Part shown: positions 13,401 to 27,626 of the stretch, piece after piece | Position numbering within the stretch: position 1 is the first letter of the stretch | How the letters are laid out: every line of letters begins with the position of its first letter | NCBI GenBank assembly: GCA_040954595.2 | Contig: CM082594.2 | Coordinates: forward strand, 3,705,319 to 3,769,318 | Reading direction: 5' to 3' | DNA: 64,000 nt | Source: Balanoglossus misakiensis | Lineage: Eukaryota > Animalia > Hemichordata | The notes under the pieces: generated by a model | Database searches by the model: none | Told to the model about the DNA's origin: nothing | The model's input: the letters and a program-made list of their open reading frames with translations, nothing else | Program-made: the position numbers and the translations under genes

Positions 13401-16400
13401 TAAATGGTATAAATGACCGCGCATTGATACTGATCCGAACCTGAACGTCTTCGCCGCCGCGTCGGTACCAAATTTGATGCGTAAAGCGATTTATGCTGTA
13501 CCGAGACGTAATCAGTAATGGAGACGTCCCCGCTATAGGAGAGAGACTGGGCATAAGGGATCGATCCATGTCTAGCATGATGGCGTCGGGACGTATTTGA
13601 GGCAATCTCGATACTACACACGGGCGAGACTTTGGCGACATCTTTGCAAGGTTCAACCTCAGCATTTACTGTAATTATACAATTCGTATATATGCTTTTC
13701 ACGTGCCAACGAAATCTACTGTATCACCGCCGGCAACGAGTCTTTTCGAAGGGGTATAGTACCACTTGCTGATAATGTGTAATCAGCATACACAAATCTC
13801 TCCTGACTCGCTTCGCTCTAGATCTTCTTCTAAGAATACCTCATAAGCTTGCCTCGCAGCCTAACTGAATTGTAAACTTGTAAACAGAAGTCATCTCCAT
13901 CATTTTGTAGCGATGACATTATTTCCACATACAAGTTGGGGTGTGTGAGGGGTTGTAAAATGTGGCACAACGTTTTATCACATCGTTAGACTATTTATTG
14001 TCGTGTAGGTTAACACACGGTACTCGTATCAGCGCGTATTGCCATGTTGCAGTACCATTTGTTGCCATTGAATAATTCACTCTGTGCCCGGGTCGATACT
14101 CTATTCTGCGCGCTTACAATTCATCTGACCCATCTCGCGTGCATCCAATGCCATTAATCACTGTGACGTGTCATCCTACGTCAAGAGTATACACAGCCGA
14201 GCCATCAATAAATAATCAATTGTCTACAGTCTAAATGTCGAAGTTGAGGATTTCCCTGTAATGGCAACTCCGCTTACATGTAACCTGCTTTTTATTGGCC
14301 CAACAGTCTACTTAAAGAAACACTTATTGTTCGCCGTATCAACCAAAATGTCTTATTCTAATCCCTGGTGTGTGCTGAACACGGAGAGAGTTCGGTTTGT
14401 CAACATCCGTGTATACATGTGTGGGTGACGTCAGGAGAAGTTAAGTCTAAAGGCTGTTCACAGACTCAGGTGTCCACAGTATTAAAGAAGGCTGGCTATT
14501 GATAGGCCGAATGTATGTTTAGTTAATACGGAGAAAATATAGCTAGGACAGTACATGTACTCATTAAACATTCATGCCAACTGACGAAAATTGTCACGAG
14601 TTTTTTACTCGTAATCAAGATTCAATCTGAAATGTGCGGTCGACGTACGCCTGTGAAGAAATGAGAAAACTTATCTATCTCAAAGGAATCTGAAACATCT
14701 ATTACATAAGTCTACAAACATTTCTCTGAGCAGGCTAGAGTATACACCACGAAGGGAAAATTGTTTACTATTAAGACTCTATCACCTATCACGGGAGTAA
14801 AGATTTCACTCAGAAACATTAGTACGACAGACTGATTGCGCTCAAATTTTCAGCGTGTCAGCGCAGTTTTGTGTTGTCATATGACTTAAGTAATTCGTAG
14901 AGGATGGAACATATATTTTCTTGGTCTTCCGAAATGCAGTAACGGTGCAACGAGTTGATGGACAGAAACGGGACCACCAGTATATAGTTTCAGAGTCAGG
15001 CGACTTTATTGCAAACGCAAACACTGGTTTGAGGATTGCTGGCCGATGACATTTGCGAATTTGGCTGTTGATATCGGTTTCCAAATAAAGTGTATCCCAC
15101 CGAACATCATCCTGTCCAGATGGTCGCATGGGAAGCAGGTTCTGCGCTTAGGCACGGCCTTCATGGGAACTGTATATACGGTGACGTGCAGTTGAACCAG
15201 ACTGTCAACTCCAAAGAACCACGCCGGCCTGTGTGGCGAATATGGGGGCGATAATATGAATATCGAATCTGATAGTTGCTTCAGTCCATCAGCGCCGATG
15301 GGAACTGTTTAGATCATACAGTGAATCAACTTAAATTAGTTCACCGTAAAATATTTCTATTCGACAGTTCAATCGAGGTTGCAAAACGTCAAATAAAGCT
15401 GACACACGTAAGGGTATCCCGGTGTTGATGAGAAAAAGATTGATAACGCCGCATGAAACGAGCCTAAAAATAGATTATTTATGGCATGAATATTGGTCAG
15501 CTCATAGACAACGGAAAATTGCTTCGAATCTCTGTGGAGACAATATCCGATTCTAAAATTACAATTCAATAATTTCATCAAATGTCGTTAGTTTTAACGC
15601 CTAGGTGATATATGAAAAGAAAGGAGTTTTGTCACACATGGGAGTTTTTGAGATTTAATAGGGCGAGTTTTACAATTGATAGATGGCTTAAGAGTCACAG
15701 ACGCTCGCGTATACACACGTGTGGCACCTAACCATGGCAAATATGACTTACTATACCCTTCGTTTAATCTCGTCATTTCCTTCATACGGGCATTTCTATT
15801 AGCACTTCCTAACCGGAAGCAACAAGCCAGTTCATCAGTACTCTTGCCGGTCCCAGTTGCCAAGTTGAGATCTAGGCAGTCACAGATTTTCACTTGTTAA
15901 TGGATGTCCACGCGAAAAAAGATTTAGACCCGCTCTTTTAATTATATAAGGGCCCACAATGTGTAAATCGGAGGTGACGGCACACCTTTATAAGGTTCTG
16001 TGAGAGGAAATATTTGCTTTCAAACGACGCAGCCTTTTGCCAGAATGCAGTGAGCAATTAACTATACATTTTTGGAAAGCTGAGAAGTCACGCAATGGAG
16101 CTGCATTATTTTCCCGCCGGCACAATTCTACTCTCATTGATTCCCATCGTCGTAAACTACGGGCTTCTTTGTGCAACACCCTTGAGAGGATGTTGAATAA
16201 TCAAGGGCCAGGTACTAGCAACGATTTTTTTAAATGTCATAAATTAGGTTTTCAGCTGCGCTATAAAATAATGGCAGCATTCTGGTTGAATTGTACGCCA
16301 TGTCAGAAAATTGCTTTAAGCTTCAACAGGGTGTTGCAGATTTTTTCTGCAGGATCTGTTCATTTTTATGATGCAATATCTATTTTCGTAAAGAATGCTC

Positions 16401-17649
16401 GTCAAAACCATCTGAAAGTTAATAAATCATTCGCTAAACAAGATACAAAGGAACGCGGATACGTATCATAAACGTTGATGCTGAAATCAGTTCCCGGATG
16501 TAGTTATGGAATGTGGCTTCATCGAACAGGTGAAGTGTATTCGTGTGTTTTAATGTTTAAGCGGCGACACGACAATGAGCCCACAGCTGCAAAATTCCTT
16601 CATCACGATCACTGAGCCGGAAGTTTCGACAGGCATATTCTTCACGCTTGGTCAGTGACCTGCGTTGGCTATTATAGGAGCAAAATTAACGATGTTATCA
16701 CGTGTTCGTCCAGAAATATGGTGTGCATTGATAGCACCTGCGAAATGGAACCTATTATCTGCATGATGTTACGTGATGCGAGATTGATGATTGACAGTGT
16801 TGCCGGTGCGTCTAGTCTGCAGTCGAAGTAATGAATACAACACCCACAATTGCTGTACTTTATCAGAATTTTTTAACGAAAAACGAAAATTCCATTTTTT
16901 TGCAAAGAAGTCACGAAAGATACGCCAAAAGGAAAAGAAAACGCAGAATGTGAAGTCAATGCCGTTTAGGCCGCGATGATAAGTACTGTCATTGCTGCAG
17001 TCGTCGTGACATCCCGCCAATCTAGAAGCCGCATGGGTGTGGTGTACGCACGGCGTTCGTGACGATCTTTGCCATTGGTGGCGCTATTACTAGAAGTTTG
17101 CCCGGTTTCTCAACATTCCAAAAACACTAAAGAACGAGCTACAGCATGTTACATGCATTGTTGTACGTAATGCATTATTCACTTATGCACGTTTTAATTG
17201 ACTCCGGTATAATAAACAGGAACACTCCAATCACAAGATCATTAATAATAAGTCAATGTATATGACGGATGTAAGTTATACAAGTGGCTCGTTTGAGTTG
17301 CTAGGCGACGTTCCAGCGCACTTATTAGCCTACTATAGATACCAACTAAATGCTACGTCTGTTCTCAGTACACAACTAGTTGGCGGTCGGACCGGAACAA
17401 TATATTCGATACATCAATCGCTTGTTTGTTTTTCCCCATTTTAACAATGTATTCTGTATGAGTACAAAATCGAATAAATTTTATGTTACTCATGATGGTG
17501 TTATAGACTAGTGTTGATAGTGATTAAGAGCGTGTACATCTTTTCACATAAGATGAAGATACGGTTATGTGAAATACTGCATTCACTAAAAATCCTTTAC
17601 CGGCTTGTTACTACAGTGGGTCAACTTTAATGCATGGACCCCCTATTGG

Positions 17650-17693
17650 TCGTCGTCGTCGTCATCATCATCATTATCATCATCATCATCATC
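17650..17693. repeat. (GTC)n/(ATC)n trinucleotide microsatellite
   Basis: gtcgtcgtcgtcgtcatcatcatcattatcatcatcatcatcatc seen directly. Confidence 0.85.
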
Positions 17694-20600
17694 TAAATGC
17701 GCGAACAAGACCACAAATAAACCTAATTCAGAAGGAACAATCTGTCGGATAAACGCGATTCTGAGGTTTAATTAGCTCTTTGTTTGTTTACCTGTCTGTT
17801 GTTACATTGATATTCCAAACAACATTTCGGTAACATTTGCAGCGTCTTTCTTTGACGAATTGGGCAGTACATATCACGTGGTTAAAAACTTCAGTGCCAC
17901 GCCGATCTGGCAATCGAACTAAGCAACTAAAAACTATTTTTCAAGATTACATGTTTGTTTTTTACTGTTTTAAAGTAAGCGACAGGCGTCCCTTATCAAA
18001 CCTCATCAGGCGTTACACATTTCCCCAGTGTAACGTGAGGTGTCTAGATCAGTGACGTAGGACAGACGCGTACGCATGCCCGTGTGAATCGCCCACGTCA
18101 GCCGCGTAAAAGAACGATTATTTCTATATTTAGAACGAGGATAGAAAACATAATGCTCTGTGTAGGATCCGCTCAGTCTCTGGTTGTCATCAGCAACGCA
18201 TCATCGCTGTTGCTGATACAGCGCGGCTCTCTGCAGACACGCACACACCTGGACAGGGTCTGCACGTAACAGCTCGACCACGCCGCGCGACAGTTGTGTC
18301 CATCCGCGTACCTTGGACTTAGGCCTATATGGTAAGTCAGTGCACCATCACTAACACCATCGCCAACCATCCACCAAACCAACCCAGCCAACCAGCCAGC
18401 TTCCTACTCACCCATCCATCGGAAGCTTACTTGTTAATTAAATCAGCTCATGTTAAATTGTTTCAACAGGCTTGTAACTACATGCACCAAACATTTTCGC
18501 ATTAATATCACCTCTTTATTGTGAATTATTTTGACTTGCGAAAATTGACGTGCGAAAGCATTTTGAAAGAAAACAAATGTTATTATTAGTGTTTTTGTTA
18601 TTGTTGCTGTTACTGATGCTGCGTATGTTGCACGTTTTCATAGCATGAACCACACTATTTCAGTCTTTAACATGCGTGTCAACTATGTTCATCTCCTATA
18701 TATCACAATAACAGTTATTTTTCCGTTCAAATGCCGGAGAATTTTTTAAAGACACAAAGGCGTCGTAAAAAATCGAAATTGTCAGAATTATGGTTTGATA
18801 ATCAATTACCGCGTAGAGTTGTTTAGTGTTGATTAAACAATAATTAAAACAATGACAAAAGGTGATAACGGCCAGAAAAAATAACCTTGGGAGCAATACC
18901 GAGGATACAATGGTTTTTTTTTTCTTTTAGTTTCATCTTATTTCAACCACAAAAGAAACCTTGAACGTCACTTTGTACATCGAAAGTGTGTTACTTCTAA
19001 CAACTCCACACATGACTGATTCCCTAAAGATATCCCTCAGACTATAGAAGCCTTCTGGCTCGTCACTATGCGGACATGCAAACACTTGAGGGGTTACATA
19101 AGTAACCTCTCAGCCCCGTCGGACTGCTTAAAGGGACTGAGTCTCTCTCTCTCGCTGCCTTTTTTTTCCATCAATTACGTTTGATTCAAGACATCGTTTA
19201 TGTGATTCTACATGTGGATATATAGTGAATCAACATCTGACCACACGCAACTTTCATCTCACTTGTAGAAACGTGTGTGAAAAAGTCGCGGAAATGAATA
19301 ATCGGTGTTTACCGTTTATTCATCCACAGACAACAAGAGCGGCCACTGCCATGACAAATTCTAGTAGGGATTAATAGGTCAAGCACAGACAAGCACTTAA
19401 ACCCAATAGCTGATCCAAGCATGCATGTGACAGACGTACATGTAGAGTAGATAATAATGGTGTCATGACACTCTAACTGTTATGTCGGACTCGCGATGAC
19501 CTCGGCTGTCATACGATCCGTTATATTATTCGATCTACACGTACATGTACAACTTTACATCACGGAAAGCCGCCATTCTGAAATGTTCGTTTAGAGGAGC
19601 CGGTTTGAGATAAAACGCAATCAGGTTCGTTTTTCCTTAAAAAGAGTTCTAATTATTCACAGATCCCCGAGGTTTGAATTCTGAAAATAAATATGGGAGA
19701 CTCTGTGCGTAAGTTTTATTGCAAGAAACTGTCAATATTTTCAAATATCGAGATGCATGCTGCAAGATGCGCTGTTGCAGTGTACTATCTGCGCTTGCGC
19801 ACGATCATGAAATGAAAGGAATTCGCACTTTACCATTGTATCGTCGATTAAACGTGTGAAAAATCGATTAATTTCGACAAAGAGGCGTTTCGGCGGGTTT
19901 AGTTTTAATGACATTATTGTCTACCCTTCAATCGTGATCAGCAGTACAATACGTCGGATTTCCATGCCGTGTTGTTCTGCCGAGATCGATCATTTGACTT
20001 CTGGTGTGCTTTCAAAGCACGCCCTTTGCACTATGAACAAAACCTTGAAATGTGACGACAGAGACCTTGAGTTGGCCAGATTTGCGTAAATTAACCCTGA
20101 GATGCAGAGACGGGGTTTACAATGACACCATCGTCTAATTATTTTCTGTGTGCATCAGATACAAAAAATTAATTACGCACCCGGACCAGATGAAAATCTT
20201 ATGGATGCGAGCAGTGACAATTATACCAACACCGGTGCCTGGGTTCATGAAACAGTAAGGCAGATATCACGAGAATTGGATATGAGAATCCTAAACTATA
20301 GAGAGGTACATTCATCCTATAGTAAAAATTCGCTCATCGAAGTTTGGTGAAGCCTTGCTAAGGAAAGACGTGGCAATACACTGAGCGTATTATTGTCATT
20401 TCATGGTCACGAAAGTATTTATTTAAAATTTGTCTTATTTTAGTATTCTTATTTTAGTATTTTATTTTGTTCAGATATTGACATGTATTGGAAAATCACC
20501 AATACACAGTGGCTATTGATCTATCACCCAAATTCTACGTGCCGCAAGAAGATTTTGACACTTGAGTCTTACAACAGACTCAACTGGCCTTTGTTGCGTG

Positions 20601-22745
20601 TCACAAAAATCAATAGTTCCGCCGATTAATTAATCTGCCAAGAACCTTCCCCGCACACTTACAACATTATTGTAACCGTTAGATTCACCAGCGAACTTAT
20701 CAGCGACGGACAGTTTAAGTCAGTTACAGCACTGTGTTAAGTCTTCTTAACAATGACCACAGCCAAGTAATGCGTTATCTCGTGCCCATATTGAATATTG
20801 AGACAGTGTCACTAACAATAATTCCATTTTCTCTCCAAAATCCATGCAAACAGGGATTTGCAAGTGAAAATAACAATAGTGTGCTTTCCTACTCTGTCAC
20901 CCCCTCCACGACAATAGTTTCGCCCGAATGCTTCTGGGTGTCCAAATTTTAGCAAGGACGGTGGTTGCCATTTAAATATGCGACTGAACACTGACTGACC
21001 TTGCATTCGAACCATCTCGAAGATTAAAACATGTTTGGATTCATTCCAGAGGCCCACACACAGAAATGGTCATGGCTAAAACACTGAGGAATATCACGCC
21101 TGTTCGGCATGACATGTAAATGCCGTTTTGTTTCGTTTTCTCCGAAAAAAACGAGGCCGCCTACCTACTTGTTGATTTAAAGTCCAGGTCCTGTCAAAAT
21201 TGTCAAGTTTATTCAAACAGCAATAAACGATGTCCAAGCATTCTCTTGTTCCTGGAAAAGGGCCTAAATAAAAATCTAAAAAAAATGTGTTGTTAAACAG
21301 AAAAAACGTAAGTTTGGTGTTGCCAGAGACACGATGAACGTTGTCAGGCAGGTGTTGCTTATCCACGCCCCCCCCCCCCCCCCCCCCATCATGCCGACCT
21401 TGAAGTATTCGTTCCTTGGGCAAGAAAAGCAGTTTGCATTTGGTTTGTTGATGCTTTGTTGCACATGCGCATACTAGCACACAAGCACGCATTGTTTTAT
21501 CCAGAATTGGAACGTGTAAACGTGCAAATGCTTCACACATCGAATAGAAAGTCTGAGATAGCCGAGGTGAACCCCTGCTGTGCGAGACATTCACACGGCC
21601 ATTGTCCGAGTAATTATCCCACTTCAGCTCTCCCGTGTACAATTAAATCGCCGAGCAGACTGTAATTTCTTAATAGTGGTACCCGCGAGCTAGGTGTATT
21701 ATTCAGGTCTGCGAGGGTGCAAACTGGAGTCTCACCTCACCTGGTGTGTTATGCACGCCGTGAAATCGTCTACCGGGGCCAGTTATCCAATTTTCACCGC
21801 CCCTTTCCTTGATATACCATTGAAGATTATTATCAAAATTTGGCCAGTAAGCTTTTGACGGAGTGTGACGAGCTACACACACTTCATACCTGCATTGCTA
21901 GCGGATCGGTCCTCCCATTAAATAATTTCCACAGGTCCCCGGGCCACAGGTACACGATGTACCCTATAAAAATGTCATATAGCCATCGTATGCCACTCTG
22001 TGTGTGTTGTCCGCATCGAAACATGTCTAGGCACGTAAACTACGGTGGCACCCCGACGGCCTATTTGCTGTTCATGTCAGCGCAGATGCATCCCACGAGT
22101 AGTGTGTTTCAGTCCGGGGTGACCAGGACGACGGTCTATCAACGAAACCCAGCAGTATTCAATCCCGCAAATCAAAGCACTGTCGACGTTGGCATTGCCA
22201 AAGTCTACACTCCTTCGGGTCTTCGCTTTTGAAATGCTCGTCACGGCGGTCTCGGCTGTTTGGGGGATAACTACATGCAACAACGCATCGCCCACCCTGC
22301 TTGATGCAGTGCATAATATTTACATACAGATACGGTATAGAGAGTGGATAAAAAAGAACTGTGTGAAATTTAGCTACAAATCCAGAACGTCCCAAAAGTC
22401 AACGTGGGGGTCCATGCCTAGTGTGTGCTTGTGTGTATTGGGGTTCTATGATTGCACAGGATAATTAATATGATTATAATTTCAAGCAAATAATTTTGAA
22501 TAAGCGTCTGTTGTCGTTTGCAGAAATACATGTAGCCCTCGGGACGAGCGTTCCAATGTCGACCCTCCAATGTTCTACTTTCTACCCCCGCCTTCCCATT
22601 TGCTCTGTGCGGGGGACCTCGGGACCTCAGTGACGTACGATTCTTTTTCTCACAGACCACACAAAGAGTTGACGTAGGTCAGTCAGGCCACACACATAGG
22701 TCCGTCGCACTTACTGACCACCTACTTACTCGTTTCTCCTTGTAG

Positions 22746-22920
22746 GTCATATGAACTAACGACCACCCAGGAAACCTGTCGATCACGTGACTGAAGTCCC
22801 AGAACTGCACAGAAGCCATTTTTCCCCGCGGGGAAAAACAAGTACGGCTGAACTCTGTAACTTCGTCGCAAGAGGGCGTCACGACAGCCCGCCTGCTGTG
22901 AGTTACCCACTTTTCTAACC
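22746..22920 (+). other. Probable 5' UTR part of the ANKRD34 coding exon
   Basis: Polypyrimidine tract and acceptor ctcgtttctccttgtag| at 22729-22745, 175 nt upstream of the ATG. A candidate upstream non-coding donor ATG|GTAAGT lies near 18331. Confidence 0.5.
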
Positions 22921-24675
22921 ATGAGAATGGAGAGTAATATCGGGTTTGCAAAGGGCGTCGTCGAACCAATACAGACGGAGGGGAACGCTCTCCTGAAGGC
23001 CGCCTGGCTTGGCCGACTCCGTCTGACGCGGCTGCTGATCGAAGGCGGGACGGACATCAACGGAGTCAACGACGAGGGACAGACGGCGCTCATGATCGCC
23101 TGCATGACGAAGCACAAAGACACACAGAGCGTGAGCAGGGCCAAAATGGTCAAATATCTACTGGAGAATAAAGCCGACCCGAACGTGAAGGACAAACACG
23201 GCAAGACCGCTCTGATGTACGCCAGCATGGAGAAAGCCGGCCACGAGGTTGTCAAGATTCTGTTGGACCACGACGCGGATCCGCGTGTGGAGGAAAAGGG
23301 GGGAGCGTCCGCGCTTGTGTACGCGGTCGACGCCGGGGACTCGAAAGTGTTGAAGTTGCTTGTTGATGCTTGCAAGGCCAAGGGCAAAGAGGTGATCATC
23401 ATCACAACAAACAACAACAGACATCACAGAGAAACGAAACAGTACCTGGACGTGCCCTCAACCTTGTCCAGTAGTCCGCCGTTTTATAAATGTGCGACTC
23501 CGTCTGACATTGAACTACGCGCCAGCTCGTCGACTCCCAGCCCAGCGCCAAGTACGCCCTCCAGCGAGGAGACTGGCGATTTGATATTCAGGTTTCCCTT
23601 GCCGTCTCACAAGCCGACCGCAAGCGAAGGATCGGGTCACGACAGCCCCACATCTAAGACTTTGTCTCCGCAAGGGGACAGGGATAATGGTGGAACTGAA
23701 ACTCCGGGACAATCGGTTTTGAAAACGCGGCGAGCTCAATTGAGGGCAACGATCGAAAACTACCAGTCGGATGCTCAGGCACTGGCTAGAGCCCGTGCAA
23801 GGGGTAGAAGGGGTTCCGTTGAACCCCAACTTCTGAATTCTCAACTGACAAACGGAGACTGCGCCGGTCAAATGCAGTTGTTGGTTCCCCAGCTGAAGGG
23901 CAATACGCCCAGCCCGCCGGCGTCACCGCCCCAAAGGCGGCGCATCACGCGACGTCAGAGCGTCGACTTCATACAAACCGCGTCGCTTTTGCAAGTGACG
24001 GCCGACCCGAAAAAGTCGCTCTCCGCTCCTCCGTCGCGACAGGAGAACACAGGTTCCAGTGACGCTGTGTCTGGCGACTTGCCCCAGCCGCGCGGTCGTT
24101 CGTGCAGGCGAGGGTCTTTGCCCGGTATGCCGCCCCCTCTGCTTAAAAGGCAGACTATACACAACATTAACGTGCCGCAGCAAATTCGACAGATGGCGGT
24201 CGCCGAGTCGGAGAGAGAAGCGCAGAGTAACAGCAAGCACCTGTCTCTGACGTCACCACCGAGAAGCGCGCAAAGTTCGCTCGAAAAACTTAGTCCAACT
24301 TCGCCGTCGACGCGGCGGCGATCTCCTCGGGGCGCCCTTCTCGAACGGCGGGGGTCCGGCGCTCTCCTTCTGGACGAACTCTCGCAGAAACGACAGGGGA
24401 TCTTTCCCCCGTTGAACATCAATCCGAACCCGCCGCTTCCTGAAATCGGAACCAAACTTGACGCCCCTCCGCAGTCGCGCGCGAGGTCGTCGGCGTCGCC
24501 CAAAAGAGAACTCAAAATGAACCGTCACCCGGGCAAACCGGCGCCGCTACTTCGGAGACAGTCGTTCGATGCCGACCACCTCCGACAGTTGTCGACGTAC
24601 ATGGACACCCGCGCGAGTGTCCTCTGCTCACCGAGCGAACTTAGCGATTCCGAATCCGAAGAATCGGAGGGATGA
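22921..24675 (+). CDS. ANKRD34: Ankyrin repeat domain-containing protein 34 family (single coding exon, 584 aa)
   Basis: Long GC-rich ORF. N-terminus TEGNALLKAAWLGRLRLTRLLIEGG, ankyrin repeats (GQTALMIAC, GKTALMYA, GASALVYA), then CKAKGKEVIIITT, TKQYLDVP, CATPSDIEL and C-terminal LLERRGSGALLLD...FPPLNINPNPPLPEI. These blocks match my recollection of vertebrate ANKRD34A/B/C. Confidence 0.93.
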   Translation: MRMESNIGFAKGVVEPIQTEGNALLKAAWLGRLRLTRLLIEGGTDINGVNDEGQTALMIACMTKHKDTQSVSRAKMVKYLLENKADPNVKDKHGKTALMYASMEKAGHEVVKILLDHDADPRVEEKGGASALVYAVDAGDSKVLKLLVDACKAKGKEVIIITTNNNRHHRETKQYLDVPSTLSSSPPFYKCATPSDIELRASSSTPSPAPSTPSSEETGDLIFRFPLPSHKPTASEGSGHDSPTSKTLSPQGDRDNGGTETPGQSVLKTRRAQLRATIENYQSDAQALARARARGRRGSVEPQLLNSQLTNGDCAGQMQLLVPQLKGNTPSPPASPPQRRRITRRQSVDFIQTASLLQVTADPKKSLSAPPSRQENTGSSDAVSGDLPQPRGRSCRRGSLPGMPPPLLKRQTIHNINVPQQIRQMAVAESEREAQSNSKHLSLTSPPRSAQSSLEKLSPTSPSTRRRSPRGALLERRGSGALLLDELSQKRQGIFPPLNINPNPPLPEIGTKLDAPPQSRARSSASPKRELKMNRHPGKPAPLLRRQSFDADHLRQLSTYMDTRASVLCSPSELSDSESEESEG

Positions 24676-26918
24676 TGAGGGCGTGCTTTCTGTGGGCACA
24701 CCACAATGATTTACCTTGACATTTTTGCTCACACAAAGCACTTTTTAAAATAAAGAGTACCTTTGATGTCAGACAGCTCAATGACATTTACAACAGTAAT
24801 TGATTTTACGTCCAACTTTCTGGGCAAAATCGAGGTTTTGGTTATTGATTGTGACAATATTGTTGAGCACGTTGTCTACAATTTCGGTGTCACTTCAATA
24901 ATTACATGAATCACAATAACTGTTAGCATTGACTGGTGGATGTTATTTGCTTATGAAGATTGCAAAACTAACTTTTTGTAAGTTGGGAATACATGTGCGG
25001 ACAACTTCAGGCAGACAAGGCAATTCTTTGCGTTATACATTTAACTTTTTGACTTTCAAAATCATTAGCCTGAGTTTTACTATATAGAAGTGATAAGAAC
25101 CTGCAATATTGCAGACATGTTGGGTGCAAGTCGAAATACTTAGTAGGGTATAACTATCACTTTTCGGTCTTATATGTAATTTTCGATCAAACTTGACAAT
25201 GGTAGGAAACTCCACATTTGTTCATTTTGTCCCACTGTACAATGGCGCACATCAAACATAAACATCAGACTTCATTTAAGGACAACAACGTTCACTAGAA
25301 AAATGTGTTCTAAACCTCGAGTAGTTGAAAGCGATATTTTTGTATATTTATATTGAAAGGTATTGTGGTATTGTGACTGACTTGACATTTCTGGAAGTAA
25401 TATCTGAAATGAGAATTTGATGACAGAGTTGCTATTAAAAATACACAAGCGACTGCTGTCGAATCGAGCCCTTTCCACAGACGAGACACCTTTTCTCAAT
25501 CACTCTTACCTGTAAATAAGTACAATCACATTCTCGGTAACGTTAAGAGCCTAGACCAGGCTACTAGTACAGATGTACATGCTTATTATGCTAATTAGAC
25601 TCTCTTTCTTTCTCTCATGTACAACACCCATGATTATCATGCTATTTTCGCGGTAATTTGTAGTAGAGCTGTACTAGTATTCATCAACGGAGATTGACCA
25701 GGTCGGCATAGTCGTTGAGGGCCCGTGACTTTTCGATTTACACCCTTCAGGACCAAACAAGGCATGATCTGTAATATTGACTAAGTTAAATGTCTCACAC
25801 CACGTGCAGTGTTGTAATGATCTAGTACAGCGGGATGAAGGAGATAGTTTCATTTAATTACTTTGAATGACATTTTAGGCCAAATTCTGATTATCAGAAA
25901 ATTAATCGCGCCCAAAGGAACTATATATGCTGTCTGGTATGAATATCTAAACACTCACACTTCTTCAAGAATATTTCAAAAGTGTACCATTTTTTGTCAC
26001 ATTTTCTAAATGTTGGTACTATCAAATTTGTGATAAACGTTTTAATCAAGATCGCAATTTTGCTCTGCTGTCTTGGTGGCGTCGGTGTCACTTGTGACAA
26101 TATTTGCGTGCTGGTTGTCGCCATGACAACAGCCAGCCAATCACTACGGTGCTTTCAAGTGGATGTGAATTCTGGCAAAAGTGATGATAACTTTGTTCGT
26201 ATTTCACATCAGTATTTGTGAATATCTGTCATTTATGTTTTCAGTCTGATACAAATGTTGTCATTGAAAAAAAAAACTCTTTACACATTACAATGTTTTT
26301 TCTTCTCTAAGATATAAATACGGCATGTATTTTGTTTTTTTGAATAGCCAGTGTTAATGGAAAATGAAAGGTCAAATGACAATGGAAGATTAAGATAAGA
26401 ATTGAACGACGAGTTGTCTTTAACTAAAATAGTGCTGTATATGCTATGTTTACTTCCAAAATTATCAAAATATGACCTAATACTTGTTTCTCTCTGGTTA
26501 GTTTTGTGGTACAGTAGTTCTTTACTAATGCAACTTCTGGTCGGAAAATTGTAACAGCAGGTCCATGGTGATAGACATTCTCGTTTCACAAAAATGCTCA
26601 GTGGTGCTTGTACTTTGTTTATTAACGTGTATGTTACATGCCTTGCTGCTCTCCGAGTCGAAAACGTGTACATAACGTTGCCAGTTCCCCCAAGAGCCGT
26701 GAACATACATGAATATATATAGAAGAGTTATTTTCTTGACAAGTGTCGAGTTTACGTTGTGCGATTGGCATAGTACTCAAATTGAGTATTTGTACTTTTA
26801 AATATACAAATGTAAACAAAAACCTAGTGTCCCCAACTATTATCACATTATTAAGTTGGCTGATTGTTGCCCGTAATACAAACAAAAAACACGTGGCCGA
26901 ATTGTTATTCCCTATATT

Positions 26919-26919
26919 T

Positions 26920-26978
<59 letters not shown>

Positions 26979-26981
26979 TTT
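26919..26981. repeat. (TTTA)n microsatellite
   Basis: About 15 perfect TTTA units; source of the spurious FIYL ORF. Confidence 0.95.
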
Positions 26982-27620
26982 GTGTATTTAAAAACAAAAA
27001 GTGAATGTCCATGTTTATTCAGAGATGCCTTAACGACCATGTAACAGTACATATTCAATGGACTTTCTGATGTCACGAGTACGTAGTTCAGCGATTAGAG
27101 ATTTCTCCGATTAACTGGACCCCTACTTATTTACCGGTAATGCTGTGAGGTCTATCTTGTGTTATAACATGCTTGGTTGTGAAAATTTACGTCGATCTAA
27201 TCAACATTCTTTACAACCGCGATATTTTTGATGTCATTTAATGTTATTTTCCCCAAGAAGAAATGTGTCTTTTGATATCGTACGTCACTGAGCCCGAGGG
27301 CGAGTCTTTTTCTCACTTTCTGAATTGTAGACCTGGGTGAATACTTAATGTCTTGATGTAATTTTTGTGTTATATTTTTCCAGTTTGTCTATCAATAGAC
27401 GTCTTTAGACTTGATATGTGTCTGACCTCTATATCTGATATGCCTGTTATTCTCGTGCATCTTCGGAACATTTAAGCATTTACAAATGTGTGTTTGAGTA
27501 TGATGTACATGTATATATGTATTTTATTATCACGTGACCGTTGTACTTGTTAGGTTAATTTCAACTGAAGTTCGGACGTAAAAACGTGTATGTGTATTGT
27601 GAACAAGAGCTTTTATATGG

Positions 27621-27626
27621 AATAAA
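27621..27626 (+). terminator. Candidate distal polyadenylation signal of ANKRD34
   Basis: AATAAA followed by T/GT-rich sequence at the end of a long AT-rich stretch. A proximal AATAAA lies at about 24749. Confidence 0.35.

Noticed and set aside
21094-21642. 182-aa minus-strand ORF with poly-Gly
   Set aside because: Poly-Gly comes from a C homopolymer at about 21368-21388; the rest shows no protein-like features.
22722-24528. Long minus-strand and alternative-frame ORFs (231, 186, 118, 105 aa)
   Set aside because: Shadow ORFs of the GC-rich ANKRD34 CDS; no recognisable domains.
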